Shown here piece after piece: positions 1 to 10,649 of a stretch of 64,000 nucleotides of DNA. The DNA is taken from NCBI GenBank assembly GCA_965602015.1, contig OZ271918.1, positions 3,232,001 through 3,296,000 of the forward strand, in the 5' to 3' direction. A model generated the notes under the pieces. That model did no database searches. It had not been told where the DNA came from and worked only from the letters and a program-made list of their open reading frames with translations. The DNA is from Salinispira sp. Its GTDB lineage: Bacteria; Spirochaetota; Spirochaetia; DSM-27196; Salinispiraceae. How positions within the stretch are numbered: position 1 is the stretch's first letter; the number at the start of each line of letters is the position of its first letter. The position numbers were made by a program, and so were the translations under genes.

Positions 1-117
1 ACTGCTTCGGGCGGCTCCATGAAGGCAGAAACTCAGAAATCCCGGCACATAAGTGAAGTTCGGGACCTTTCTCAAGCTGTGAAAGCCCTGTTCGGCGGAT
101 CAGCCGCCGCTGTTTGA
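1..117 (+). CDS. 3' end of a gene entering the window (C-terminus ...ISEVRDLSQAVKALFGGSAAAV*), weakly reminiscent of a RadA/Sms C-terminus
   Basis: Frame 1 open from base 1 to TGA at 115-117; convergent with the next gene; identity is a guess from the VRDLSQAVKALF pattern. Confidence 0.35.
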   Translation, partial: TASGGSMKAETQKSRHISEVRDLSQAVKALFGGSAAAV

Positions 118-187
118 TCGCCTGTAGAATGCAGCCGGGCGGCTGCGGCTTGTTGGCGCACCTTGCAGGCCGCCGGGCGGCTTCGGT

Positions 188-1549
188 TTAAGGAAAAAGC
201 AGCGGCAGGGCGACGAAGGTGCCGATGGATGATCCAAGAGAAGAAAAGAAAAACACCAGCAGAATGCGGGTTATTCGGTTTCGGAAAAACCCCTTGATGC
301 TTCCGATATCGTCGCCGAGGTTTTCGAAATCATCGACCCGGGGCTTTCTCAAAACCGCTTCCAGAAGACCGGTGACAAAACCCACACCGATGGTGGGGTT
401 CATGCTGGTAACCGGAGCGGCAAGGAAGGACGATATGACGGTCAGCGGATGGGCGAGGGCCGCGGCGGCGCCTATCGCCGAAAGGGTTCCGTTAACCAGT
501 ATCCAGCGCAGCAAGGCCTGAAACCCGCCTTCCCACCCTTTGGTGATAAATCCGCTGATAATCAGCCCGGCGATGAGGGCGACAATGAGCCAGGGCAGCA
601 CCCGGCCGACAATCCCCGGAGGCGGTACAGTGGATATCTCTTTCAGATCCGAATCGCCGACCTCGGATTTCGGCGTTTTTTGGTCGGCGGACTTTGTTGC
701 ATCGTCCAAAGACAGGATTTTCGCAACCATTCCGGGAACGTGTCCCGCGCCGACAACGGCGAGTATGGGGGCTTCATTATTGTCCTCGATTGATGCCGGT
801 TTACCGGCGGCCTCGCCGGAAGTAACGGGAGTTTTTCCGGCGCTTTCCCAGGTTTTTATGGCCAAAAAGCGGTCTCGCTCATCGATGAGCACCGATTTAA
901 CAGAGGGCAGGAATTCCGCCATCTCCTTCATCATGTCATCAAGGGCTGAGCGCTGCTTGAGACTCTCTATTGCCTCGGCATCCAGCTCCTCCCGGGAAAA
1001 TGCCGAGCCGATGAGAACCGCAAGGATTTTATTCCGGCCCCAGAGTCCGGTTTTTCTCCAGGCCCGGGTCAGGGTCACCTGGATATCGCGGTCGACCATC
1101 GCGGTGGGTATCGACAATTCGCCGGCGGTTTTGATAGCCGCCCGCATTTCATCGCCGGGGCGGATGCCCATGTTTAATCCCATACGCTTCTGGTACGCGG
1201 AGAGAACCAGATTACTGAGAAGCAGGAAGGTTTTCTTCTGTTTGATAATTTGAAAAATATCGAGGTTTTTCCAGCTGTTGCTCTGATTCAGGGAGCGGTA
1301 ACGGTTTTCGTCCAGTTCTATGCACACCGTTCGGGGCAGCAAGTTCCGAATAAGCTCATCAACTTCGCGGGAGCTTTCCTCGGACACGTGGGCGGTACCG
1401 AGAAGGACTATTTCACCCCGCTCCGTGCTGATCCGTGTGATAGTATCACCGTCCCGTTTTACCCGGGGGTCGGTAAATACCGAATTTTCCAATGCGGGGC
1501 TGGTTTCCGCCTGCTCACTTTTTGTAGTTTCAGGATTATTTGCTTTCAT
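188..1549 (-). CDS. TraB/PrgY/GumN family protein (Tiki-like metalloprotease fold) with C-terminal membrane domain
   Basis: LLGTAHVS, VCIELD..RY, LIDERD, AVVGAGHVPG motifs; C-terminal TM region HPLTVISSFLAAPVTSMNPTIG. Confidence 0.9.
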   Translation of the reverse strand: MKANNPETTKSEQAETSPALENSVFTDPRVKRDGDTITRISTERGEIVLLGTAHVSEESSREVDELIRNLLPRTVCIELDENRYRSLNQSNSWKNLDIFQIIKQKKTFLLLSNLVLSAYQKRMGLNMGIRPGDEMRAAIKTAGELSIPTAMVDRDIQVTLTRAWRKTGLWGRNKILAVLIGSAFSREELDAEAIESLKQRSALDDMMKEMAEFLPSVKSVLIDERDRFLAIKTWESAGKTPVTSGEAAGKPASIEDNNEAPILAVVGAGHVPGMVAKILSLDDATKSADQKTPKSEVGDSDLKEISTVPPPGIVGRVLPWLIVALIAGLIISGFITKGWEGGFQALLRWILVNGTLSAIGAAAALAHPLTVISSFLAAPVTSMNPTIGVGFVTGLLEAVLRKPRVDDFENLGDDIGSIKGFFRNRITRILLVFFFSSLGSSIGTFVALPLLFP

Positions 1550-1626
1550 TATTGTCCTCTGTGGCTCACGGAAAACAGATTCGCACCGGAAAAAATGCTT
1601 TGAGCCGAGTGCACGTTATACCAAAC

Positions 1627-2586
1627 TTATTCGTTTCTGCCCATTGCTTCGAGGAAGCGGTTTCGAAGGGTTTTCTGGCCGGGAAACAAATCACGGGGAA
1701 TGGTTCCCCCGCCCATGTGGACGTGGCCGCCTCCGTAGCCTACTCCCCTGAGGGCTTTTCGGATAATGATGTCCGACGGGCGTAAAAAATCCTCGCTTCT
1801 CACGGAGATGCGGTACTCGTCCCTATCGGGAACCAAAACCACCACGAATTTTATCTCCTGAAGTCCCAGGAAAAAATCGGCGGTGATCGCCATCACTTCG
1901 GGAGAACACTCAATTTCAACGGGAACGAAGGCAAAATCGCCGGCAACCTCGCAGGAATTTATCGCCTCCCGGAATACCTGCAGGTCCTGAAGGCTCAGGG
2001 AATTTCGAAGAAGCCTGCTGCCGGCTTCCCAGTCACCGAGAAAAAACAGCTCGGAAAAGGCGGCCATGTCTTCCCTGGTGACTCCCCGGGTCATAAACGC
2101 CGTATCCATCATCAGGCCCATAAGCAGGGCCGTGGCAACATTCCGCTCCAGGGTCACCCGGGCTTCGTGAAAATAGCTGTAAACCATGGTGGAGCATGCC
2201 CCCACGTCTTCACGGATGTCGTAGAACGGGGTTGAGGGTTTTTCCGGCGGGCTGTGGTGATCAATGAGTCCCACAAGTTTTCCGGGAAGGTCGGTAACGT
2301 TCCGGTTTCCCACGAATCCGTCGACGATTATTATCTGGTCGTCGCCGCGGATCTCCACCTCGTCGCTTGGCAGGAGGGGAATCGAAAGCATGGATACCGC
2401 GGCTTCAAGGGATGTGCTCTCAAGCCGGCCGGTATAACACAGCCGGGTTTCAAAACCCCGGGGTTCGAGCAGGCGGCTCAGGGCGAACCCGCTGGCAACA
2501 GCGTCATGATCGGGAAAATCATGAACCTGTATAATAACCCGGCTGTCTTTGCTCAGGCAGCCGAGTAGGGAATCAAGATGATTCAT
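1627..2586 (-). CDS. DHH/DHHA1 family phosphoesterase (NrnA-like)
   Basis: HDFPDHDA, IVDG, IDHH, DT and C-terminal SVRS...GGGH motifs. Confidence 0.88.
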   Translation of the reverse strand: MNHLDSLLGCLSKDSRVIIQVHDFPDHDAVASGFALSRLLEPRGFETRLCYTGRLESTSLEAAVSMLSIPLLPSDEVEIRGDDQIIIVDGFVGNRNVTDLPGKLVGLIDHHSPPEKPSTPFYDIREDVGACSTMVYSYFHEARVTLERNVATALLMGLMMDTAFMTRGVTREDMAAFSELFFLGDWEAGSRLLRNSLSLQDLQVFREAINSCEVAGDFAFVPVEIECSPEVMAITADFFLGLQEIKFVVVLVPDRDEYRISVRSEDFLRPSDIIIRKALRGVGYGGGHVHMGGGTIPRDLFPGQKTLRNRFLEAMGRNE

Positions 2587-4003
2587 TAATCAACCAATCC
2601 CTGACGAGGCTCTCGGGGCTTCCGTCCAGCTCTCCCTGCTCCACCGATTCGAGCAAGGCTCTGGCGCTGTCCGTTCTCCCCTGCTGAACCGAACGCAGGG
2701 CGAAGTAGAACTGCCCCAACGCCTTGAGCCGGTCGTTTTCCTCACGACGAAGGGCATTTATAACTGGCAGGTCCACATTGTCGACATAATAGCGGGCGGT
2801 CTGGAAAAGCAGCGTGCCGCGCTCAAAAGCATTCAGGCGGTTTTCGAGAAACCTCTCGCCCTCAAACTCTGATTCGGCGAATATGGCGGCCGCGGCAAAC
2901 AGCAGATATGCCGGATTGGCTTCTTCACTCTCATATGCCCTCATGAGCCATTGATGAGCCGAATCATAGTTTCCGGAAATGTATTCCAGGGCGCCCATAA
3001 ACGGATATGCGGGAAAATAGTCCGGCCGCAAATCCAGGGCGGAACGGAACGCGTCGGCGGCTTCGGCGTACTCGCCGAGGTATCCGTGAACCTGGGCGAG
3101 GTAGGCGTATATGAGAAAGACGTCGGGAAGAAGCTCGGCGGCTATGACAAAATCATCCCGGGCTTCGGTGAACCGTCCGCTTCGGGAAAACATGCGGCCC
3201 CGGTCCAGGTAGTGCCAGCCGTTGGTCCGCTCGCGTTCGATGGCCTGCTCCATATCCGCCAGGGCGTCTATAAAATCCCCCTGTTCGACATGGGCCTTCG
3301 CCCGGTCGCTGTAGGTATAGCTGTAATCCGGATCAACCTCTATGGCCCGGGAAAATACTTCGATGGCATCCTGACTTCTGCCGTTTCGCAGAAAACTGTT
3401 GCCCAGACCCTGCAGGGCTACGAAATCATCGGGGTCCTCTTCGAGGGCCTTGGAGAACCGGGCTTCCGCCGCATCGTACTGTTCATCTTCCAGGAGAATT
3501 TCACCGGCGGCAGTGTTCGCCCGGACATTATCGGGATCAAGCTCGAGAACACGCGCCAGAAGCTCCTGCTCCCCGTTGGTATCGCCCTCTATCCGCGCTA
3601 TAAGCGACAGGGCGGACAGGATATCTGCCTGGACTGCCTCGTCCTCGGCCGGAGAAATGCTTTCGAGGATTTGTCGGGCGTTGACCAGATCGCCGGCAGC
3701 TATGTATAGATTCGCCAAAAGCACAAGGGTTGCGGGATCATCCGGATCGGCGAGTTTGGCTTCCTCATAGGCAGATATGGCCGCCTGAGGATCGCCGAGG
3801 ACGATTGCAGCGCTCATCCTTTCGTAGGGGTCTGCCACGGGTTCAAACGGATCCTCGGGTACCTGAGCACCAACGGTTTCCGGCGGGATTTCGTCAGGAA
3901 CCGTAGGCGCAAGAGCGCAGGACGCGAAAAAAAGCAGGGCCGTCAACAGGGACATGGCGGTCAGGTACCCGCTTCTCGAAAAAATGCTATTCCGGATTTT
4001 CAT
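2573..4003 (-). CDS. Tetratricopeptide-repeat lipoprotein
   Basis: Lipobox LLFFASC after a basic/hydrophobic leader; many 34-aa TPR repeats (A...F.KALE.DPD); start placed at ATG 4003 downstream of TTGCCT-N17-TATCAT. Confidence 0.85.
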   Translation of the reverse strand: MKIRNSIFSRSGYLTAMSLLTALLFFASCALAPTVPDEIPPETVGAQVPEDPFEPVADPYERMSAAIVLGDPQAAISAYEEAKLADPDDPATLVLLANLYIAAGDLVNARQILESISPAEDEAVQADILSALSLIARIEGDTNGEQELLARVLELDPDNVRANTAAGEILLEDEQYDAAEARFSKALEEDPDDFVALQGLGNSFLRNGRSQDAIEVFSRAIEVDPDYSYTYSDRAKAHVEQGDFIDALADMEQAIERERTNGWHYLDRGRMFSRSGRFTEARDDFVIAAELLPDVFLIYAYLAQVHGYLGEYAEAADAFRSALDLRPDYFPAYPFMGALEYISGNYDSAHQWLMRAYESEEANPAYLLFAAAAIFAESEFEGERFLENRLNAFERGTLLFQTARYYVDNVDLPVINALRREENDRLKALGQFYFALRSVQQGRTDSARALLESVEQGELDGSPESLVRDWLINESS

Positions 4004-4082
4004 CAGGGACATGATAATGCCCTGTCGCTCTTTAGGCAATAATGTTGATTACCGCCGGCCTCACTGATACACTTCGCCTACT

Positions 4083-5942
4083 ATGAATCGGCAGCTCAAT
4101 AAGGGGGCTTTTTTCGTTCCCCTGCTCTATATCGCAATTATCGCAGGTCTGGTTTACGTACAATTCTCCGGCGCCAGCATCTTCACGGAAAACCTCGGCA
4201 GCATACTGCTGAGCGGAACCATGGATCTCAGCGATGAATCCGACAATTCGGCAATCGCATCCATCGACGTAGAATACAAGGGCCTGCGCTTCTCCTTCGA
4301 CGGAGAGACCGCCCTCACCCTGGAATCCAGATCCGATACTCTGCGCGAGTTGTTCATTAGCGGATACCGAAGAGACGACCGGCTGCTGACCCTCTTCTTT
4401 GACGATGGGGTAGAGCTGCGATTCCAAAATGACGAAGATCTCGATCAATTGATTATCGACACCAACATTCCCCCGAGCCTTGGCAGCGTGATGAGCCTGA
4501 GGATACCATTCCGGACTTCCATCGGCGCGGAAGCCGAGTCGACGGAAAACTTCCCCGGACTGGATATCAGCAGCAACGGCGAACGCTACATCCTCGCCCT
4601 GCCCCCCCGGTCCTACGTCAACGATGAGCTGGGGCTATTGAACATCCCCGGGGACGGGGTGTCCCGGAGCATACGCTACACCCGCAGAGCCGCGGGTAAT
4701 GAGAACATTTTCGAACTCTGGTTTCAAAACCAGCTTGAGGAAATTCCCGCCGCCCTGTATCAGGCTGAGCTCGATGATTACATCGAACGCTCGTATTTAG
4801 CCTGGAGAAGCAACCGCTTTAACCCGGCAACGGGAACATGGCAGATGAGAGGAGAGGCTTCGCGGTTCTCCGAGTCCATTCTGGTAAACGTTCTCGCCGA
4901 AGCCTGGGCGCGAAACGAATACACCAGAGTTTTCAACGATATGCGCAGCGCAGCGGACCTGTTCCCCCTGGATTTGAGCTATCGCTCGAGCGTGTTTTTG
5001 GGAAATCTCAGGCGCATTACCAACGACCTCGACGGCATCGACCGTCAGGAGAGCATACGCATCAACAACATGGTAAATCAGGGAAATGCGATGGTTTTCC
5101 TCAAACAGGATCTGTTCAAATTCGTCTCCAACCGGGGCAGCTCAGAACTGCTGGCCAATCTTGTCGCATTTTCAGAGGGTTTGAGCGCCGGAAGCCTTTC
5201 GCCCCTTGAGGCCTTGGGACTCAGCTCCAATTACTACCTCGGCGACTTCCCGGACCGCGAAATCCGCCAAATACTCAGCCGCTTCGAGGGAACGTTTGAG
5301 GAGCTGCTGCTTCCGAGCATCGTACGGGTAGACGAAGGCTTCTTTTTTCAAAGTGAACCGGGAATTGCCGACTCATACTACACAATTTTGGCAGGCAAGA
5401 CCCTTATCGCCGCCGGCGAGGCGTCAGCCGGCAATGAAAACAGCCAAAGCACCCAGCTGATCAGCCTTGGCCGCAACATGATTCTGTCGGTGCTCAGGCT
5501 CTCCGACCAGCTGGGCTTCCTTCCAGCCCAAATCGAGCTGACCGCCGGAGCCATTTCCGCCACCCAGGGTACAACAAACCCGGAGGATATATATCAGCTG
5601 CTTCAGGAGAACCCCTTCTACCCCCGGGAGGTCAGTCTGTACCAGCAGTTCGGTCAGGGGTCCTGGCTGTACACAATCATGCCTGATTTCCGAATCGAAA
5701 GCAGAACCGGAGAGTTCTCCCTTAGCCTCGAGAATACGCCAAACCGAACGCATTACATATTCTTCAGGGGATTGCCGGACATCGACCCCCTCAACGGCAT
5801 GGAGCTGTTCGGAATTATCTGGCGAAATGCCCCGGATTTCGAGATATACAGCAAGGGCCGGTACTACAATCCCGACAGCGAGACCCTCATGATCAAGTTC
5901 TTCGACGATGAGGTTGATCAGGACATCATTATTTACTATTGA
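4083..5942 (+). CDS. Hypothetical membrane-anchored exported protein (619 aa)
   Basis: Long ORF, single N-terminal TM segment, upstream TTGATT-N17-TACACT promoter. Confidence 0.8.
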   Translation: MNRQLNKGAFFVPLLYIAIIAGLVYVQFSGASIFTENLGSILLSGTMDLSDESDNSAIASIDVEYKGLRFSFDGETALTLESRSDTLRELFISGYRRDDRLLTLFFDDGVELRFQNDEDLDQLIIDTNIPPSLGSVMSLRIPFRTSIGAEAESTENFPGLDISSNGERYILALPPRSYVNDELGLLNIPGDGVSRSIRYTRRAAGNENIFELWFQNQLEEIPAALYQAELDDYIERSYLAWRSNRFNPATGTWQMRGEASRFSESILVNVLAEAWARNEYTRVFNDMRSAADLFPLDLSYRSSVFLGNLRRITNDLDGIDRQESIRINNMVNQGNAMVFLKQDLFKFVSNRGSSELLANLVAFSEGLSAGSLSPLEALGLSSNYYLGDFPDREIRQILSRFEGTFEELLLPSIVRVDEGFFFQSEPGIADSYYTILAGKTLIAAGEASAGNENSQSTQLISLGRNMILSVLRLSDQLGFLPAQIELTAGAISATQGTTNPEDIYQLLQENPFYPREVSLYQQFGQGSWLYTIMPDFRIESRTGEFSLSLENTPNRTHYIFFRGLPDIDPLNGMELFGIIWRNAPDFEIYSKGRYYNPDSETLMIKFFDDEVDQDIIIYY

Positions 5943-5993
5943 TATTAGCCCCGGCGCACCTACGCCGGGGGCCGCACTGCTCCAGGAGTCCCT

Positions 5994-6686
5994 ATGCACG
6001 ACAATCCCATTGCTTTCGAACAGCTTACCCATCCCGCCACGTTTTTTCTGCTTCGTCACGGCGAGAGCGAGGGAAACCGGAAGCGGATGATACAGGGACA
6101 TGTCGATATGCCGTTGACAGATATCGGCCGGGAGCATGCCCGGGCCGCCGGCAGCTTTTTCGCCCGAGGGGGCCTGGATCACATAATTGCCTCGCCCCTG
6201 TCCAGAGCTCGGGAAACCGCGGAAATCGTCGCCGGGTCATGCGGAATGGGTCCCGAATCGGTGGAGCTGCGGGACAGCCTGAAGGAACTCGATACGGGAA
6301 TTTTTTCCGGGCTGACGGTAGAGGAAATACGGAGCCAGTTTCCCGATGATTGGGAGGCCTTTAAGCACAGGAGCTGGGAGGCGGTTCCTTCGGCAGAGCG
6401 GCTTCAGGAGTTGCTGGTAAGGGCCGCGGATACCTGGGAGCGCATGATAGAAGCGGCAAATGCGGGATCCAGAAGAATTCTGGCGGTCTCCCACGGCGGT
6501 CTGATTCAATGGCTGTTCAAGCTGACATTCTCTGACCGGTGGAGCAACTGGCTGCCGGTTACCAGAACTGCCAATTGCGGCATTTACCAGCTTGAAGTTA
6601 CCCCGGTGCCCGGCGATGAGACGCCGGAAGGGCCGGGGTATTACGCCGAGTGGCTGAGGGTCAACCACATCCCCTATACCCGTTAA
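5994..6686 (+). CDS. Histidine phosphatase (phosphoglycerate mutase-like) family protein
   Basis: LLRHGESEGN, SPLSRARETA, LKE, VSHGG motifs; SD AGGAG upstream. Confidence 0.92.
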   Translation: MHDNPIAFEQLTHPATFFLLRHGESEGNRKRMIQGHVDMPLTDIGREHARAAGSFFARGGLDHIIASPLSRARETAEIVAGSCGMGPESVELRDSLKELDTGIFSGLTVEEIRSQFPDDWEAFKHRSWEAVPSAERLQELLVRAADTWERMIEAANAGSRRILAVSHGGLIQWLFKLTFSDRWSNWLPVTRTANCGIYQLEVTPVPGDETPEGPGYYAEWLRVNHIPYTR

Positions 6687-6703
6687 GCGTCAGCTCAAGA
6701 CAG

Positions 6704-6744
6704 AAAAAAGCCGGTTCTCCATCGCGGAGAGACCGGCTTTTTTT
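6704..6744. terminator. Bidirectional rho-independent terminator
   Basis: A6-GCCGGTTCTCC/GGAGAGACCGGC-T7 between convergent genes. Confidence 0.85.
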
Positions 6745-6781
6745 AACTTCCGGCGGTTTGCCGGGCTGACTCCTGGGATTT

Positions 6782-8776
6782 TTACCGCTGTGAGGTAATC
6801 AGGCTGTATAGCCGCTCGGCGGTCAGTCCCAGTGCTTCCGCTGCCTTTTTCCCCGGCGCGCTGAGTCCGAATCGGTCGATAGCAAGGATATGGTCCTGGG
6901 AAGATGCAATGCCTTCCCATCCCATGCTGATTCCCGCTTCGGCCACAAACACCCTGGCATCCAGGGGGATAAGAGCGTCGCGGTACTGCCTGTCCTGCCG
7001 ATAGAACGCATCCCTGCCCGGCATGGACACCACGCGAACCGCATCACCGTCGGCGGCGATGCGCTCAGCCGCCTCGAGTGCAAGACCGACTTCCGATCCC
7101 GTGGCGACAATCACCGTGAGAACACCGTTGCCGGCGTTTTTCTCAAAAACCGTGTAGGCTCCCTTGGCAAATCCCTCCTGCCAATCCTTCGCCTTCGCAA
7201 AAGATTGTAATCCCTGGCGGGTGAGGCTGAGCACCGTCGGCCCGGTCTTTCGCTTGAGGGCATACTTCCATGCCTCGGCGGTTTCCTCCGCATCGGCGGG
7301 GCGCAGGACGTCGAGGTTCGGTATCGCCCGAAGCACTGAAACATGTTCTATGGGCTGATGAGTCGGACCGTCTTCTCCCACGTAAATTGAATCATGGGTG
7401 AATACATAGGTAACCGGAAGATTCATTATGGCGGCAAGCCTGATTGCCGGTCGCATGTAATCGCTGAAAACCAGGAAGGTGGCCGCATAGGCCCTCAGAC
7501 CGCCGTACAGGGCCATTCCGTTAACCACCGCACCCATGGCGTGCTCCCGGACCCCGAAGTGGAAATTCCTGCCTGTGCGCGTAGTTGGGCCGAAATCGCT
7601 CTCCGCTTCGATATGGGAATTATTGGACGGCGCCAGGTCAGCCGAACCTCCGAGTATGTTGCTAAATCTCTCGGCGAGGATCTGGAGGACCGCTCCGGAG
7701 CTTGCCCTGCTGGCTTGGCTCTCTCCCGGTGAAAGGGCGGGAAGCTCCAGGGCGTCGAGGTCAGCTTCGTCAATTCCCGCATGCCATGAATCCCAGGTCT
7801 TTCGTAGTTCGGGGTTGTCATTCGACCATTTTGCGAAAAGGGCATTCCATTGTTCTTCGTCTTTTTTCCACTGGCTGCGGCGCTGGGCAAAGTACTCGGC
7901 AACTCCGTCGGCAATGTAAAAATCCCGGTCTTCGGGTATCCCCAGAGCCTTGCGGAAGGCCGCCCGCTCGTCGCCTCCAAGGGGTGCGCCGTGCACCTTG
8001 TGGCTGCCCGCCTTGTTTGGAGCCCCCTTCCCGATGACCGAAGGAAGAATAATAAGGCTCGGCTTTGCGCCTTCTTTTTTTGCCCCTTCCAGGGCCTGTG
8101 ACATTGATGAGTAGTCATACGGGTCGGCCTGTATTACCTGCCATCCCATTGATTCGAAACGGCCGCCCACGTCCTCGGTAAAGGCCAGTTCGGTTGAACC
8201 TTCGATGCTGATGCGGTTGCTGTCGTAAAAAGCGATAAGGCTGCCGAGCCTTAGGTGACCGGCGAGACTTGCGGCCTCGGAGGAAATACCTTCCATAAGA
8301 CAACCATCGCCGACAAGGGTGTAAATTGCATGGTCGATGATGCGGTGCTCTTTTGTGTTGAACTTCGCCGCGGTGAATTCCCTGGCAATTGCGAGGCCGA
8401 CGGCATTGGCGAAGCCCTGGCCCAGGGGCCCGGTGGTGGTCTCAACCCCTGGAGTGTGGCCGTACTCGGGGTGGCCCGGCGTCATTGAGTCCAGTTGACG
8501 GAAGGCCTTGAGCTCCTCGAGCGGCAGGGAGTAACCGCTGAGGTGAAGAAGCGAGTAAATAAACATTGAGCCGTGGCCGGCGGAAAGCACGAATCGGTCC
8601 CGGTTCATCCAGTGGGGGTTTTCCGGGTTGTGGCTCATCACCTCACCGTAGAGCCAGGCTCCGAACTCAGCCATTCCCAGGGGAAGTCCCGGATGGCCGC
8701 TGTTGGCGGCTTCAACCGCGTCAGCGGAAAGTGCTCTCAGGGTCTTTGCAATACTATTAAGAGCCGGTATATTCAT
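6782..8776 (-). CDS. tkt: Transketolase
   Basis: SGHPG, RDRFVLSAGH, TTGPLGQG, GDGCLMEG, FGVREHAM, THDSIYVGEDGPTHQP. Confidence 0.98.
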   Translation of the reverse strand: MNIPALNSIAKTLRALSADAVEAANSGHPGLPLGMAEFGAWLYGEVMSHNPENPHWMNRDRFVLSAGHGSMFIYSLLHLSGYSLPLEELKAFRQLDSMTPGHPEYGHTPGVETTTGPLGQGFANAVGLAIAREFTAAKFNTKEHRIIDHAIYTLVGDGCLMEGISSEAASLAGHLRLGSLIAFYDSNRISIEGSTELAFTEDVGGRFESMGWQVIQADPYDYSSMSQALEGAKKEGAKPSLIILPSVIGKGAPNKAGSHKVHGAPLGGDERAAFRKALGIPEDRDFYIADGVAEYFAQRRSQWKKDEEQWNALFAKWSNDNPELRKTWDSWHAGIDEADLDALELPALSPGESQASRASSGAVLQILAERFSNILGGSADLAPSNNSHIEAESDFGPTTRTGRNFHFGVREHAMGAVVNGMALYGGLRAYAATFLVFSDYMRPAIRLAAIMNLPVTYVFTHDSIYVGEDGPTHQPIEHVSVLRAIPNLDVLRPADAEETAEAWKYALKRKTGPTVLSLTRQGLQSFAKAKDWQEGFAKGAYTVFEKNAGNGVLTVIVATGSEVGLALEAAERIAADGDAVRVVSMPGRDAFYRQDRQYRDALIPLDARVFVAEAGISMGWEGIASSQDHILAIDRFGLSAPGKKAAEALGLTAERLYSLITSQR

Positions 8777-8858
8777 GCATATCCTCCGTATAAAATTGTA
8801 ATTCTGTCGAAGTGTTGTACCGTGCCGATAGAGGCATGTACAAAATAAGGAGCGCGCA

Positions 8859-9938
8859 TTGAGCGAGTCAAAAGCGAAAATAAGAATAGCAGTACTGGCC
8901 GGCGATGGTATAGGCCCCGAGGTTATGTTTCAAGCTGAAAACATAATGGACAAAATCCTCTCCGACGAGGGCCTGGAATATGAGACCAGGAAGGCCGACG
9001 TCGGGGGCATCGCCATAGATAATCACGGCAGCGCCCTCCCGGAATCCACCCTCGAAACCTGCCGCTGGGCAAACGCAATACTATTCGGCAGCGTCGGCGG
9101 TCCGAAATGGGAATCCCTGCCGCCGGAACAGCAACCCGAACGGGCCGCGCTGCTCCCCTTGAGGAAGATTTTCGGCCTCTATGCCAACCTCAGACCGGCA
9201 ATAATCTTCCCCCAACTGAAGAACGCATCTCCCTTGAAAAACTCGGTGATCGGCGATGATTTTGACATTCTGGTTGTGAGAGAACTGACCGGCGGCATTT
9301 ACTTCGGCACCCCGAAAGGTCGTGAAGGTGACAAAGCCTTCGACACCCTGGTCTACACCCGTCCGGAAATCGAGCGGATCGCCCATGTGGCCTTCAAGGC
9401 CGCAGCAAAGCGCGGTAAGGCGGTGACGTCGATCGACAAGGCGAACGTCCTGACTTCCATGGTCCTATGGCGGGAAGTCGTCGAAGACGTGGCGAAGCAG
9501 TACCCCGACATCAACGTAAAACACATGTATGTTGATAACGCCGCCATGCAGCTGGTCAGAAATCCCGGACAGTTCGACGTGATACTCTGCGGCAATATGT
9601 TCGGCGACATCATCTCTGATGAAGCCAGCATGATAACAGGATCGCTGGGAATGCTGCCCAGCGCCAGCCTGGCGGACGGCAGCTTCGGACTCTACGAACC
9701 CTCGGGCGGCAGCGCACCGGACATTGCCGGTCAGGGCATTGCGAACCCCATCGCCCAGATTCTCAGCATGGCCATGATGCTTAAATACAGCTTTGGCCTG
9801 GACAAAGCATATGAACGAATTTTTACTGCGATTTCCCGGGTTTTGGACGATGGTATTCGCACCGGCGACATTATGAGCGACGGCTGCACCCGGGTGGGAA
9901 CCGAAGAAATTGGACAAAAAATATTGGAGGTGCTGTAA
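8859..9938 (+). CDS. leuB: 3-isopropylmalate dehydrogenase
   Basis: [43 protein letters not shown] start with AGGAG SD. Confidence 0.97.
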   Translation: MSESKAKIRIAVLAGDGIGPEVMFQAENIMDKILSDEGLEYETRKADVGGIAIDNHGSALPESTLETCRWANAILFGSVGGPKWESLPPEQQPERAALLPLRKIFGLYANLRPAIIFPQLKNASPLKNSVIGDDFDILVVRELTGGIYFGTPKGREGDKAFDTLVYTRPEIERIAHVAFKAAAKRGKAVTSIDKANVLTSMVLWREVVEDVAKQYPDINVKHMYVDNAAMQLVRNPGQFDVILCGNMFGDIISDEASMITGSLGMLPSASLADGSFGLYEPSGGSAPDIAGQGIANPIAQILSMAMMLKYSFGLDKAYERIFTAISRVLDDGIRTGDIMSDGCTRVGTEEIGQKILEVL

Positions 9939-10037
9939 GGGGTTGCGGGGGTGGACGGCCCGGCCGGCTGGGCCGGGCTGTTCAGGCATAACCTCAAAAC
10001 ACGCTCGAGACCCGGCTCAACGGCAGGTTTTCCGGAT

Positions 10038-10649
10038 TTAGCCGCCGTGGCGCTCCATCAGCACGGCAATGGCGTCCCTAATATCCATTTCCCTGGCGGC
10101 AAGTAAAACCATCATGTGGTAGAGCAGGTCGGCGGCTTCCCCGGCCATTTCATCGGCATCCTTGGCGAGGATGAGCTCCAAGGCCTCCTCGCCGGTTTTT
10201 TTTCTGATTTTGTCCTCACCTTTTTCGAAGAGGTGGGTTGTGTAAGACCCCGGAGGCATGTCCTTCTTGCGTCGATAGATGATGCGCTGGAGCTCCAGAA
10301 GGAAATCCCCGGCTAATCTGTCCGCTCTGCCCGCACCAGCAGAGCCCGTTTCCGGGCTTTTTTCGTCTTGCCCGGATTGTTTACCAAGCGATGCGCGTTC
10401 CTCGGCAGGCTGCTGCCAGGCTTGGGCGACAATCAGCACATGGTCGCTCATCCGCTGAATGGAGGCAAATCCCTCGCAGCCCTCGGCAGGCAATAGCCGC
10501 CCGGTGGAACCGTCGAGTATCCAGGGCTGATTCTGTTCGATGGTTTTTTGAAAGCCCTTCTGATTGCACAATGCGGTACCGAGAAACTCCCCACGAGGGT
10601 TCTGTATAATTACCGGCAGTACCGTGCCGTCCTTATCCGGGGTTCTCAC
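10038..10649 (-). CDS. hisE: Phosphoribosyl-ATP diphosphatase (HisE) with degenerate N-terminal HisI-like domain
   Basis: SYTTHLF..G.DKIRKKTGEEALE, EAADLLYH motifs; N-terminal LPVIIQ...KTIE resembles the HisI start but lacks its metal motifs. Confidence 0.9.
   Translation of the reverse strand: MRTPDKDGTVLPVIIQNPRGEFLGTALCNQKGFQKTIEQNQPWILDGSTGRLLPAEGCEGFASIQRMSDHVLIVAQAWQQPAEERASLGKQSGQDEKSPETGSAGAGRADRLAGDFLLELQRIIYRRKKDMPPGSYTTHLFEKGEDKIRKKTGEEALELILAKDADEMAGEAADLLYHMMVLLAAREMDIRDAIAVLMERHGG

Noticed and set aside
188..1549. 'TraB' as evidence of a conjugative element
   Set aside because: TraB/PrgY/GumN is a chromosomal protease-like family; no relaxase, T4SS or integrase is present
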